Part shown: piece after piece, positions 53,522-63,571 of the stretch
Layout of the letters: the number at the start of each line of letters is the position of its first letter
Position numbering within the stretch: the first letter of the stretch is position 1
Source of the DNA: Cyanobacteria bacterium J06626_4
Lineage (GTDB): Bacteria; Cyanobacteriota; Cyanobacteriia; Phormidesmidales; Phormidesmidaceae
DNA length: 64,000 bases
Direction of reading: 5' to 3'
NCBI GenBank assembly: GCA_038523235.1
Contig: JBCBJQ010000011.1
Location: 40,948-104,947, forward strand
Translations under genes and position numbers: made by a program
The notes under the pieces: generated by a model
Databases searched by the model: none
The model's input: only the letters and a program-made list of their open reading frames with translations
Told to the model about the DNA's origin: nothing

Positions 53522-53916
53522 TGGATATTGAGACGGTTTGCGATCGCATCCGCCAAGACTATGCGCGTTTTCCAGCCGAACAGAGCTATGACCTATATGC
53601 GCCAGACGTGTATTTTCAAGATCCGCTCAATCGCTTTCGCGGCGTAGAGCGCTATCGCCAAATGATTGGCTTTATTGCTCGCTGGTTTCGCGAACCTTGT
53701 CTGAAATTGCACAGACTTGAACCAGTGGATGAAACAACCTTTCACACCTACTGGACGTTGAGTTGGATTACCCCCCTTCCTTGGCGACCACCCGTTGCCA
53801 TCTCGGGGTGGACCGAGTATCGCCTCAATGCCGCCGGTGAGATTACTTCCCACATTGATCATTGGAACTGCTCACGCCTGGCGGTCTTGGGGCAAGTTTT
53901 GCGCTTCAGCGACTGA
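53518..53916 (+). CDS. DUF2358 (SnoaL/NTF2-like) protein
   Basis: DYARFP..Q.Y..YA.DVYFQDP...LPWRP...HID.W; overlaps the upstream stop (ATGA). Confidence 0.85.
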   Translation: MMDIETVCDRIRQDYARFPAEQSYDLYAPDVYFQDPLNRFRGVERYRQMIGFIARWFREPCLKLHRLEPVDETTFHTYWTLSWITPLPWRPPVAISGWTEYRLNAAGEITSHIDHWNCSRLAVLGQVLRFSD

Positions 53917-54083
53917 TACTCAATTCACTCAAACCGTATCGATCCAGATATCGATTTGCCTGATCGTAATGAATCTAAGGTGGGCTTTACGCCTGCAGTG
54001 CGCAGCCTCATCTCCAGTTGAATTAACTGCAGGACGGCGGCGATCATAAAGGCGCTTGCCAGCCCAGGGGCTCAGGCCAGACG

Positions 54084-55586
54084 TTAATCCTGCTTAACCT
54101 TAGGCAAAGGGGGGAAACTCGGCAGCTCAACCGCTGACAAAGATTTGCGTTTGCGCTGAGTCGGACGCAGCGGATGCACAATCGGCGAAGGCGAAGCCTG
54201 AGGACTATTCATGGCCTCTAAAGCCGGAATAGTCGTAGCAAATGGCGAGGGTTGGGGAGAGACTGAAGCCCGAGGTGCAGGCGCTGACGGTTGGCCTGCT
54301 GCCTCTGAGGAAAAAGACAATTCAGCGTTGCTGGCTGCCGAGGTGTTTTCGAGCGCCGCCTTTAGATTTTCAGCGACCTCGCGTGGCGTCAGGGTTGGAG
54401 TCGCTGGCTCAAGCTTTGCCGGAGTTGCTATCGGTGCGGGACTCCCCCAGGGAATCGGCTCAGTAAACTGAACGGCTTTAGGAGGCGTCGGTGTAGCAGA
54501 CGGCTGCGAATTTGCAGCGGCGGCGGCAGCGGTGTCTACAGTTGGCAATGTGTCCCCACCCATGCCCGGAGTGGGATTACTGATGACGCGCTCAACGTCC
54601 TGCCAGAGCTGATTTTCGGCATCGCTGGTGGTCGTGATCGCCGGTTCTGAGGGGGGCGCTGGCTCAGATAATGTCGGCAACGGGGGCGAAAAATCGGTAA
54701 TAGCAGGTGAAGTGTCAGTGTCAGCGGGCAGCGTTGGCTCCGCCGTGGGCGTCGATTTACCTCGCATTAAGGAAAGCAGTTGAGGATCGGCTTGGGCCGG
54801 AGTGGTGCCTGCCGACCAAGGTTGAATGCGTTCAGAGCGCGGCATGATAGCGGGATCGAGAACCGCCGCTGACTGACTCGCCGCGATGTTCTCAGTGATG
54901 TTTTCCTGCTCGATACCGTGAGCCGTATGACCAAACGCTGAGGTGTCGAGACATTTTTCCAGAGCTGCTTTGAACTGCAGCGTGTAGCGCTGCTGACGCT
55001 GCAGGCGCGATCGCAAATCAACACAGGTCTCTTCAGCTGTCTGTAGCTGCTGCGCCCGCTCGGTCTTTTCTTGACGCAAGATGACACAGTCTTGTTCGAG
55101 TTGCTGACTGCGGGCCTGATGGGTTTGTAGCTGAGTACTCAAGGTCTCAGCCAAAATAGTTTGACGCTCTAACGCTCCGTGGGTCTGTTCCAACTCACTC
55201 AACAGCTGCGCCACCGACTGGGTTTGGGCGGCTGTTACTTTGTCGTCAGGGGTGAGCCGCTGCGATCGCTCAACCTCTTGCTGCAGTGTTTGCTGAGAGC
55301 GTTCGAGAGCCTCTTCTAATTGATTTACCCGCGCTAACAGCACCTCATTACACTGATTAAGGTCGAGCACCCGCGACTGCAGCTCAGTGACTCGATTAGT
55401 TGAAATCTGTGCCGCTGAAGGGGAGGCTATCGCAGGATTCGCCGCTACGGGAGGAATACCAGAAAGGGGAACCACTTCCCAGTCATCAGATCTGGGTGGC
55501 GTTGACGCTTGGCGTGGAGTGGTCGGGGCCGAGGCGTCGATCGAATTGGCGTCGTGGGAGTGGGATGGCACGTTTCCTTCACTCAT
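54084..55586 (-). CDS. Coiled-coil + Pro/Ser/Thr-rich hypothetical protein
   Basis: Long heptad region ending DLRSRLQRQQRYTLQFKAALEKCL, IQPWS, PSPIVHP, C-terminal VELPSF. Confidence 0.75.
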   Translation of the reverse strand: MSEGNVPSHSHDANSIDASAPTTPRQASTPPRSDDWEVVPLSGIPPVAANPAIASPSAAQISTNRVTELQSRVLDLNQCNEVLLARVNQLEEALERSQQTLQQEVERSQRLTPDDKVTAAQTQSVAQLLSELEQTHGALERQTILAETLSTQLQTHQARSQQLEQDCVILRQEKTERAQQLQTAEETCVDLRSRLQRQQRYTLQFKAALEKCLDTSAFGHTAHGIEQENITENIAASQSAAVLDPAIMPRSERIQPWSAGTTPAQADPQLLSLMRGKSTPTAEPTLPADTDTSPAITDFSPPLPTLSEPAPPSEPAITTTSDAENQLWQDVERVISNPTPGMGGDTLPTVDTAAAAAANSQPSATPTPPKAVQFTEPIPWGSPAPIATPAKLEPATPTLTPREVAENLKAALENTSAASNAELSFSSEAAGQPSAPAPRASVSPQPSPFATTIPALEAMNSPQASPSPIVHPLRPTQRKRKSLSAVELPSFPPLPKVKQD

Positions 55587-56002
55587 ATCCTTAAGGAACT
55601 GTTAGCAGTTTTCAAAGAGGGCGAACGGCATATATAGCGTACTGACTTGATTAATTCCTATGGTGTAACACAGAAATTCCGATCTCAAACCTAATTGTCA
55701 AGAAATTATCTCTAATGAGGGGGTAGAGCCCTCTTCCGCCGCCTGTTGCTCTCAAGTTAGTTTATTGACATAGAAATCGCTGTCCTCAGTGATTTCCCCT
55801 ACCATCAGTGTGTTTTGAAAACCTGAGAACGCCAGTGAGGCTAGATTTGTTTGCTCTGCAAGCAGGACTGGCCCGCTGGGTACTTAGGTTTTCTGTGTTT
55901 AAGCAATCTCAAACAGGATTCAGAGCGCATCAGCACAGTGGCTCCGCAGTTTTGTCCTCACCAGACTGGCGACTGCCATAACAGTCGGCACAATGGACGG
56001 CG

Positions 56003-57085
56003 CTAGGAATTGACCAAAAATTGGTTGAGGAGTTCTTGATGCATCAAGGCCCGATCGACGCGCGATTGAATTTGATCGGGTGAGGCGGGTAACCCATCCG
56101 CGTATTGGCGCAATAGCGTTTGGGTCATTCGAGCAACTGTTTCTGGCCAGGGGGCTAGGGCGAAGTCAGCATCAGTTGCGGCAGCCGTCGGGGCCATTTC
56201 CCAGCCCGGAATGTCGAGATCTTCAGCAACGTAGGTCACTTTGGGGTCATAACTCAGGGCAAAACATCGACACCCTTCCGCTGCCGCCATAATAAGTGCA
56301 TGCAACCGCATGGCGATCGCCATTTCAACTCCGCGAAAGATGCCCTTAAGCTGCTTCGGATCACTGACCGATAGAATTTGATTCGGCCCTTTGAGATAAG
56401 GCTGAATCGCTTCAGCTACGGGCAAATCCTTACTCGCTTGAAACGGCACCAGCCAAATGCTGGTGCTCGTCGCTGCTTGAAAGTTTGCCAACGCCTCGCC
56501 CAACTGGCTGAGCCGAGACGCGGTTAGCCACGGGTGCGATCTCAGCGCCACGGCCACCCGAGGGGCAGGAAAATCAGCTAAACCCTCTACCGGCGTTGAG
56601 GCCAATGCCCACACGGGATCAGGTGCCAACCAGGCCCGCACCCGCCAGTTTGCTGCTTGAGCCGCCGAGGCTCGATCTCTCAGGGTAACGCCAGTGCATT
56701 GCAACAGGGTTTTGCGGGTCAGTCGCCGGGTCCAGCCACGTTTGAGGGGGCCAATGCCCTGGGCCCAAGCCACCGTCTTGAGCCCCATCATCTGAGCCAA
56801 TAACATAAGCCCGCCGTAGTAAACCGGATTCACGGCGCTGGTGGCGTCTTGCATGAGGCTGCCCCCGCCCCACACAAATGCCTGCGCTCCTCTAAAGGCA
56901 GCCCATACACCGCTCAAAGACTTGCGAGAATAGGCCTCGACCTGGTAGCGCTCCGCCGTCTCAGCGGGATTGCCCGACAGCACAACCGGAACGGCATGAG
57001 CGGGTAGCATCTGCAAGAGCGCCGCCAGTAAGGCCTCATCGCCCCCGTTGCCCATGCCGTAATAGCCGCACAATACAATTCTCAT
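56003..57085 (-). CDS. csaB: Polysaccharide pyruvyl transferase
   Basis: CGYYG.GN.GDEAL, GGGSLMQD.TS, AQGIGP, MRLHALI, YDPKV. Confidence 0.93.
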   Translation of the reverse strand: MRIVLCGYYGMGNGGDEALLAALLQMLPAHAVPVVLSGNPAETAERYQVEAYSRKSLSGVWAAFRGAQAFVWGGGSLMQDATSAVNPVYYGGLMLLAQMMGLKTVAWAQGIGPLKRGWTRRLTRKTLLQCTGVTLRDRASAAQAANWRVRAWLAPDPVWALASTPVEGLADFPAPRVAVALRSHPWLTASRLSQLGEALANFQAATSTSIWLVPFQASKDLPVAEAIQPYLKGPNQILSVSDPKQLKGIFRGVEMAIAMRLHALIMAAAEGCRCFALSYDPKVTYVAEDLDIPGWEMAPTAAATDADFALAPWPETVARMTQTLLRQYADGLPASPDQIQSRVDRALMHQELLNQFLVNS

Positions 57086-57239
57086 CCTGGCCTCAATCAA
57101 AAAGTGCCTCTCACAATACTCAACAATAGGTCTCAAGCTGATCTTCTGCCCCAGACTTTTGTAGACTGCAGAGAACCCAGCTGGGAAAAGCCATTGGCTT
57201 TCTCCTAGCGGTTTATTCTTTCTGACTTGACCTCAAGCC

Positions 57240-57548
57240 ATGCATGCGCTCTCTATTCCAACCTGGGTCGTTCACATTACCAGCGTGGTGGAATGGATTG
57301 CCGCTATCTGGTTTATCTGGCAGTATGCCGCTGTCAGTGGCCTGACCGCGTGGCGCACGTTGTCGTTTGCGATGTTGCCTGCCTTAGTCAGCGCAATGTG
57401 TGCCTGCACCTGGCACTTTTTTGATAATGCCGAAGCTCTGGCCTGGTTGGTCACTCTGCAAGCGGCGATGACAGTCGTTGGCAACTGTACTGTTTGTTTA
57501 GCAGCCTGGTGGATCTGGCGACAAGCGCGGCTGGCAAATCCTTCTTGA
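57240..57548 (+). CDS. DUF2499 (Ycf49-like) membrane protein
   Basis: MHALSIPTW..H.TSV.EW...MCACTWHFFDN. Confidence 0.9.
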   Translation: MHALSIPTWVVHITSVVEWIAAIWFIWQYAAVSGLTAWRTLSFAMLPALVSAMCACTWHFFDNAEALAWLVTLQAAMTVVGNCTVCLAAWWIWRQARLANPS

Positions 57549-57549
57549 A

Positions 57550-57638
57550 TTAGAGGCTGTCATCATTTAGCGGCTGAGTTCTTATGCTGAAGGCAGTTCA
57601 GCAGCAGCGCCTTGGGTTTCTGTACCCACAGCCTCTAA
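57550..57638. mobile_element. Miniature inverted-repeat element (89 bp)
   Basis: Perfect 11-bp inverted ends TTAGAGGCTGT / ACAGCCTCTAA (TA-GAGGCTGT...ACAGCCTC-TA). Confidence 0.55.
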
Positions 57639-57648
57639 AGAGAACCCT

Positions 57649-57891
57649 ATCCCCCCCCTTGAAAAGGTGGATTAGACGGCAAGTTTAATGAAAGCGGCTT
57701 AGGCAAGCGCGTGGCTCAGGCGCTTAATGATGCGGGCATCTCTGATGAAGTTGGCCTCTGGGTTGCCCAAAAAGGGGACATTGTAGTTTTGAAGTACAAC
57801 CCTGATGCTGAAAGCGTTTTATCTCGCGCTAAGCAGTTTGCCTAAGGGGGTAGACGGTGCCAGTGATTATGAAACTGTCCCCAACACTTAA
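57649..57891 (+). pseudogene. Decayed BON-domain protein gene (5'-truncated, two frameshifts)
   Basis: IPP.EKV / GLDGKFNESGLGKRVAQAL...LWVAQKGDIVVLK...AKQFA / KGVDGASDYETVPNT* read across three frame segments; no start codon or RBS. Confidence 0.65.
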
Positions 57892-57925
57892 ACGCTGACT
57901 GTCCGAAAATTAGAACCAGCTCAAA

Positions 57926-57965
57926 CAATTGTGCCGTCAGTTTTCTAACCCTGACGGCACAATTG
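57926..57965. terminator. Bidirectional hairpin between the BON remnant and sigD
   Basis: CAATTGTGCCGTCAG-10 nt-CTGACGGCACAATTG perfect 15-bp stem. Confidence 0.7.
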
Positions 57966-58028
57966 CTGTTTTCAAATCTTCCTTAATCCCAACCGTCCAT
58001 AACGCGATCACAATCATGAAATCAGCAA

Positions 58029-58064
58029 ACGGGCGTTGCCTTAGATACGGGCGTTGCCTTAGAT
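58029..58064. repeat. 18-bp tandem duplication
   Basis: ACGGGCGTTGCCTTAGAT twice. Confidence 0.9.
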
Positions 58065-58125
58065 AAAGCCGCAAGCAAAGACTTTCTCAGAAGTATTCAC
58101 AGCTAGCCTTAATCCAAAACTGACG

Positions 58126-59079
58126 TTAGCTGGCCAGATATTCTCGAACGTCGCCACGGCGCTTGCGCAATGAAGTAAGCGCCTCTCGCTCAATTTGGCG
58201 CACTCGTTCGCGAGAGACACTGAGAATCTCGCCAATTTTGGCCAAGGTCATAGTCTTGCCATCGGTCAACCCAAACCGCAGTGTCAATACCTGACGTTGT
58301 TGTGGGGTCAGCTCAATCATGAGCTTATCTAAGTCACTGCGGAGCGATGATTGGGTAGCGAATTCTTCAGGCGAGATGCCGTCGTCTTCGAGCAGTTCAC
58401 TCAGCTCAGTGTCTTGATTATCGCCAACGCGCAGGTCGAGCGACAGCGGCTGCCGAGACTTTTCGAGATAGTCGCGCACCTGCTGGGGTGAGAGTTCTAA
58501 GGCCTCGGAGATTTCGGCAATCGAAGCGGCACGGCCATGCTGTTGCGATAACTGCCGCTGGACCTTCTTAATTTTGTTCAGCTTCTCAGTAATGTGAATT
58601 GGCAAGCGGATGGTACGACTCTTTTCGGCGATCGCCCGTGTGATGGCCTGACGAATCCACCAGTAGGCATAGGTTGAAAAGCGGTAGCCCTTGGTCGGGT
58701 CAAACTTCTCAACGCCCCGCTGCATGCCAATAGTGCCTTCCTGAATTAAATCCAGCAGATCGACATTGCGCTTGATGTATTTTTTCGCCACAGAAACTAC
58801 CAAGCGCAGGTTGGCCTCGACCATCTTGCGCTTGGCCTGCTTGCCCACGCGAACCGTGTTGATGAGTTCAGTAACTGAGAGATCAGCAGTAGCAGCCCAC
58901 TCTTCTTTGGTGGGTTCTCGCTCCAGCTCATCACTCAAGGCTGCTCGGTGCTTCTCCAATGCAGTTAACTGCTGCACCTGCTTACCCAAAAGAATTTCCT
59001 CTTCGTGGGTGAGCAGCGGCACCCGCCCAATCTCTTTGAGGTAGGTGCGTACGAGGTCGGTACTTTGGGATGTTTTCAT
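58126..59079 (-). CDS. sigD: Group 2 RNA polymerase sigma factor, SigD type
   Basis: [61 protein letters not shown] (SigD-clade features). Confidence 0.85.
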   Translation of the reverse strand: MKTSQSTDLVRTYLKEIGRVPLLTHEEEILLGKQVQQLTALEKHRAALSDELEREPTKEEWAATADLSVTELINTVRVGKQAKRKMVEANLRLVVSVAKKYIKRNVDLLDLIQEGTIGMQRGVEKFDPTKGYRFSTYAYWWIRQAITRAIAEKSRTIRLPIHITEKLNKIKKVQRQLSQQHGRAASIAEISEALELSPQQVRDYLEKSRQPLSLDLRVGDNQDTELSELLEDDGISPEEFATQSSLRSDLDKLMIELTPQQRQVLTLRFGLTDGKTMTLAKIGEILSVSRERVRQIEREALTSLRKRRGDVREYLAS

Positions 59080-59181
59080 GGAACAGAGATACCAGTAAAA
59101 CCGCTATGAAGGGTGAAGGCCAAATGGTTACGAAGGTCACTCTCGACTGCCAGATGAGAGCAACCCAGCCAAAACATTCTT

Positions 59182-59199
59182 TCTGTAAACTATCGTAAC
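59182..59199 (-). promoter_or_regulatory. HLR1 (RpaB) direct repeat upstream of sigD
   Basis: Minus strand GTTACGAT-AG-TTTACAGA versus consensus (G/T)TTACA(T/A)(T/A)-N2 repeat. Confidence 0.65.
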
Positions 59200-59653
59200 A
59201 TTTATGAGAGGGAACGGCGATCTTTTGATCACTATTTTTTAATAAAAGGATCTTGGGGCGATATCACTGAAAGTAGCTGCATCATAGCGATCTCTGCCTT
59301 TGTTAAACTGCATCCTGGTTGACAAAATGGCGATCGCGTTGAGGCGAATCGTGAGAGTTTGTTAAGAATATTAATCTTGCGCGATGCTTCGCGAGAGCTT
59401 GATCGCAGCCTGTAGGGGCTGAGATAGCCCCTCAGATCGCAATGCTTCGCAAATTTTTTCTGAAAATTCAGAGTATCCGGCGTTGGCAACGGGCGATGGT
59501 TGAGCACCGCTGGGGTTTGAGGCAGTCACCGGTGATGAATTGATGCGCTATTAGCAAGATGCCCCGTCGGCGGATGAAATTGAACGTTCAGTGCAGGGCC
59601 AAAAGTCTTTACAATGCTGTGAGATATTTTGCCCCGTTGGCAGGAGACTTTCC

Positions 59654-61456
59654 ATGCGCCTCTCTCAGATGCTATTTGTAACCCTGCGAGAAGATCCGGC
59701 AGAGGCCGAAATTCCTAGCCACAAGCTATTGTTGCGGGCCGGTTATATGCGGCGCATTGACGCTGGAGTCTATGCCTATCTACCGCTGCTCTGGCGTGTG
59801 CTCACCAAAGTGTCGGACATCGTGCGCGGTGAGATGGACGCCATTGGTGCACAAGAATGTCTGCTGCCGCAGCTGCAGCCGGCGGAATTATGGCAAGAGT
59901 CAGGCCGGTGGGACACCTACACCAAGGCTGAGGGCATTATGTTTTCGTTGGTTGATCGACGCCAGCGTCAAATGGCCCTCGGACCTACTCATGAAGAAGT
60001 GATTACCACGATCGCCCGCGACATGATCCGCTCCTACCGTCAGCTGCCGCTCAATCTGTATCAGATTCAAACCAAATTTCGCGATGAGATTCGCTCCCGT
60101 TTTGGGCTGATGCGCGGTCGCGAATTCATTATGAAAGACGCCTACTCCTTTCATGTAACGGAGGAGAGTCTGAAGCAGACCTATCAAGATACGTACACCG
60201 CCTACACCAACATTTTGCAGCGGTGCGGACTCGAATTTCGCGCGGTGGATGCGGATTCTGGAGCGATCGGCGGCTCGGGGTCAACCGAATTTATGGTGTT
60301 GGCCGAAGCCGGCGAAGACGAGGTGCTGTACACTGCCGATGGCCAGTACGCGGCCAATGTGGAAAAGGCTATTTCGCTGCCGCTGGAGGCGGTGCCGTCC
60401 CCGTTCGACACGTATCAGAAACTGGAAACGCCGAACACCCCTACCATTGATTCTTTAGCAAAGTTCCTTGACTGCTCGCCGACCCAAATCGTTAAGAACG
60501 TGCTGTATCAGGTCACCTATGACAACGGCCATGGGGTATTGGTACTGGTTAGCATTCGCGGCGATCAAGACGTGAACGAAACTAAGCTGCAAAACGAACT
60601 GTCGAAGCTGGCAGGTAACTATGGCGCAAGTACCGTGATTGCCCTTGTCGTGCCCGACGCTGAGGCCCAGGGCAAATGGGCCACCCAGTCCTTGCCCCTG
60701 GGATACATTGCCCCCGATCTGGCCGATGACTATGTGAAGTCAGACGTGCAGGCATTGGAGGCCAATTTTTTAAGGATGGTGGATGAAACGGCGATCGCTC
60801 TGAAGAATTTTGTCACCGGCTCGAACGAAGCCGGACATCACACCGTAGGCGGTAACTGGAACCAAGAGTATCCTTTGCCCGCGCTGACCGTAGATGTGCG
60901 GACAGCGCAAGCCGGCGATCGCGCCGTGCATGATCCGGCGCAATCGCTGCAAGTCGCGCGGGGCATTGAAATCGGTCATATCTTTCAGCTGGGGCAAAAA
61001 TATTCTCAGGCCATGGGCGCGACCTGCACCACTGAATCCGGCGACGAAGTGCCACTGTGGATGGGCTGTTATGGTGTGGGCGTATCGCGCTTAGCCCAAG
61101 CTGCGGTAGAGCAGTCCTACGATAAAAATGGCATTATTTGGCCGGTCGCGATCGCGCCTTATCACGCGATTGTCGTGGTGCCCAATATTAATGACGAAGC
61201 CCAGATGAGCGCTGCTGAAACTCTCTATGCTGAGCTGAATGCCGCAGGCGTGGAAACACTTTTGGATGACCGCAAAGAGCGGGCGGGCGTGAAATTTAAA
61301 GACGCTGATTTGGTGGGGATTCCGTTTCGGATTGTGACGGGGCGATCGCTCAAAGAAGGCAAGGTCGAAGTCGTGCAGCGAGCGACTCAAACCGCTGAAG
61401 AAATGGCGTTGTCGGAAGTGGTTTCGACGATAAAATCATGGGTGGGCAACGCCTAG
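59654..61456 (+). CDS. proS: Proline--tRNA ligase
   Basis: MRLSQ, GPTHEE, KFRDE...[14 protein letters not shown], editing insertion, [11 protein letters not shown]. Confidence 0.98.
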   Translation: MRLSQMLFVTLREDPAEAEIPSHKLLLRAGYMRRIDAGVYAYLPLLWRVLTKVSDIVRGEMDAIGAQECLLPQLQPAELWQESGRWDTYTKAEGIMFSLVDRRQRQMALGPTHEEVITTIARDMIRSYRQLPLNLYQIQTKFRDEIRSRFGLMRGREFIMKDAYSFHVTEESLKQTYQDTYTAYTNILQRCGLEFRAVDADSGAIGGSGSTEFMVLAEAGEDEVLYTADGQYAANVEKAISLPLEAVPSPFDTYQKLETPNTPTIDSLAKFLDCSPTQIVKNVLYQVTYDNGHGVLVLVSIRGDQDVNETKLQNELSKLAGNYGASTVIALVVPDAEAQGKWATQSLPLGYIAPDLADDYVKSDVQALEANFLRMVDETAIALKNFVTGSNEAGHHTVGGNWNQEYPLPALTVDVRTAQAGDRAVHDPAQSLQVARGIEIGHIFQLGQKYSQAMGATCTTESGDEVPLWMGCYGVGVSRLAQAAVEQSYDKNGIIWPVAIAPYHAIVVVPNINDEAQMSAAETLYAELNAAGVETLLDDRKERAGVKFKDADLVGIPFRIVTGRSLKEGKVEVVQRATQTAEEMALSEVVSTIKSWVGNA

Positions 61457-61596
61457 GGCGAGGTTGGGCAGCTCAAATTTCCCAGTTTTTATTCATCATG
61501 GTCACGGTGCAGCTCCGAATTGTCGGGGCATTGGGCACCGTGACCATCACCCTCAAACGCCCACCTTCAAGACCTGTAAACGAGTGAGAAAACCGG

Positions 61597-62394
61597 ATGG
61601 AATGGATCACGATTATTCTGTCGAGCCTGTTTACGCTCATTTCTCCCGTGGGCTTAGTGGCTGACCAGGTTGCCGAGGGCTTGATTCGCGAGCGCATTGA
61701 CAAGGCCGATTTAATTGACGTCCGCATTGACAATGCCTCCAATTTTCAGCTGGGGGGGGGACGGATTGATCGGGTTCGTTTCGCGGGCCGGGGCATCTAT
61801 CCCATTCCTGAGCTGCGGATTGACACGCTCGATGTCGAGACCGATCCGATTGATGTCGATCTCCGCGCCCTGCAGTCGGGTAAATTTGCCCTCGATGAAC
61901 CGGTGCAAGCGGCGAGCCACATCATCCTCGATACCGCAGACCTCAACTTGCTGCTGCAGTCGCCGCGAGTGCAGGATCTGCTTGATACCCTGCGCTTTAA
62001 CCTGCCCGGTGCCTCTGACCGCGAAAAAAATCGCTACGGGTTGGGCAATCCTCACATTCAATTCCTCCCCGGTAATCGGGTGCAGGTGACGATTGATTTA
62101 GAAGATCGGGTTCTAGAAGAACAGGTTGAAGCCTTGGTTGAAACTGGTTTAGAAATTGTGGATGGCCACCAGTTAGTTTTAGTCGAACCCACTGTGGTGA
62201 TCGACGACCAACCCGTTCCCAATCAGCTGTTGGATGCCTTCTTGACGGGCATTGACTCGGAACTCACCCTCAAACAGTTTGAAGAGGTCAACGTGGTAGC
62301 CCGCGTGCTGAACTTTGAACTGCAGCCCCAAGCGCTAGATTTGGTTTTTTTTGTCCGGATTGATCCAGACTCGCCCCTTCTAGATGAAAACTAG
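61597..62394 (+). CDS. DUF2993 (LmeA-like) domain protein
   Basis: N-terminal membrane anchor; VRIDN...G.IDRVR.AGRG...LD.ETDPI. Confidence 0.78.
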   Translation: MEWITIILSSLFTLISPVGLVADQVAEGLIRERIDKADLIDVRIDNASNFQLGGGRIDRVRFAGRGIYPIPELRIDTLDVETDPIDVDLRALQSGKFALDEPVQAASHIILDTADLNLLLQSPRVQDLLDTLRFNLPGASDREKNRYGLGNPHIQFLPGNRVQVTIDLEDRVLEEQVEALVETGLEIVDGHQLVLVEPTVVIDDQPVPNQLLDAFLTGIDSELTLKQFEEVNVVARVLNFELQPQALDLVFFVRIDPDSPLLDEN

Positions 62395-62494
62395 AGATAA
62401 GAGTGGGCATCAATCTCCGGAGGAAGTGTCATAGGGCGTTCCCCCGATAGACAAGTCGCTGTGTCATTCTGTCAGTAGTGTTAGGGCTTGAGCT

Positions 62495-63187
62495 ATGGAA
62501 GACAAATCACCCCGGCGTCGACCGCCCCTTGGTATTGTGCTGGCGTTCGCCGCGATCGTCCTCAGTGCTGGTAGCGCCACGGCTTGGTTCACCTGGCGGG
62601 CCATCTCTCCGCCTGAACCCCTGGCTGATTTTCCTGAGCTTGAAATCGAAGGCGAGGCCGTGCCGGAAGGGTTCGAGGCCCCGACGGCTGAGCCCATTGA
62701 AGTGCCCGATCTGCCCGAAACGGATGTAGCCCAGACGCCCGCGGTCAGTGAGAGTACGCTCTATTGGCTATCAGCCGATGGCGAAACGGTGGCGCTCAAT
62801 CCCGCGACCGTTGATCTGCCAGCGGCGTCTTCCTCCACCGATGCACTGGGGCTCGCGTTTGCCGACCTGATGAGTGGGCCAGAGGGAACCGGTATCGTCA
62901 CCGGCATTCCGCCCGAGACGGAGCTAATAGCGCTGTCGGTAGAATCTGACGGCGTCCATGTTGACTTGTCAGCAGACTTTACCGTCGGTGGTGGCAGTGC
63001 CTCAATGATCGGACGGTTGGCCCAGGTCGTCTACACTGCGACGGCGCTAGAGCCGGATGTGCCAGTGTGGATTGATGTGGAAGGTGAACCGCTAACCCTG
63101 CTCGGAGGGGAAGGTCTAGAGGTGCGTCAGCCGATGACCCGCGCTGATGTGGAAACAGATTTTGGAGTCGTGGCTCCGACGGATTGA
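62495..63187 (+). CDS. GerMN domain protein
   Basis: TM anchor; GP...IP..T.L...VDLS..F..GGGS.SM..RL.QV.YT. Confidence 0.88.
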   Translation: MEDKSPRRRPPLGIVLAFAAIVLSAGSATAWFTWRAISPPEPLADFPELEIEGEAVPEGFEAPTAEPIEVPDLPETDVAQTPAVSESTLYWLSADGETVALNPATVDLPAASSSTDALGLAFADLMSGPEGTGIVTGIPPETELIALSVESDGVHVDLSADFTVGGGSASMIGRLAQVVYTATALEPDVPVWIDVEGEPLTLLGGEGLEVRQPMTRADVETDFGVVAPTD

Positions 63188-63260
63188 TGCTCTCCCGTTC
63201 GTTTTTTGCAAAGGAAGTCCTACCTGGCTGGGCTGATTGAGACTCTGAACAAGTAAGACC

Positions 63261-63467
63261 ATGCCGTACGTCAATATTCAAATCACGAAGGGCGCTTCGC
63301 GAACGCAAAAGGCTCAGCTCGTGCAGGAAGTGACCGCATCGCTAGTGCGCGTGCTCGGTAAGCACCCAGAACACATTCACATCGTGCTGCAGGAAATTGA
63401 GGAAGAAGATTGGGGCTTTGCGGGTCTGCTAACGGATGACTGGAAGCGACAGCAAGATTCTGCCTGA
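63261..63467 (+). CDS. 4-oxalocrotonate tautomerase family protein
   Basis: N-terminal catalytic Pro (MPYVNI), QK..L...VT, W G.AG. Confidence 0.9.
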   Translation: MPYVNIQITKGASRTQKAQLVQEVTASLVRVLGKHPEHIHIVLQEIEEEDWGFAGLLTDDWKRQQDSA

Positions 63468-63571
63468 ACGGCTTGACATAGCAGAATACCCTTCGGGAAG
63501 AGCAAGATTCTACGGAATGTAGAGTTCGGAATACCGGGCGGTAAGGGCAAGCCCATTGGTAAGAACTTAAG

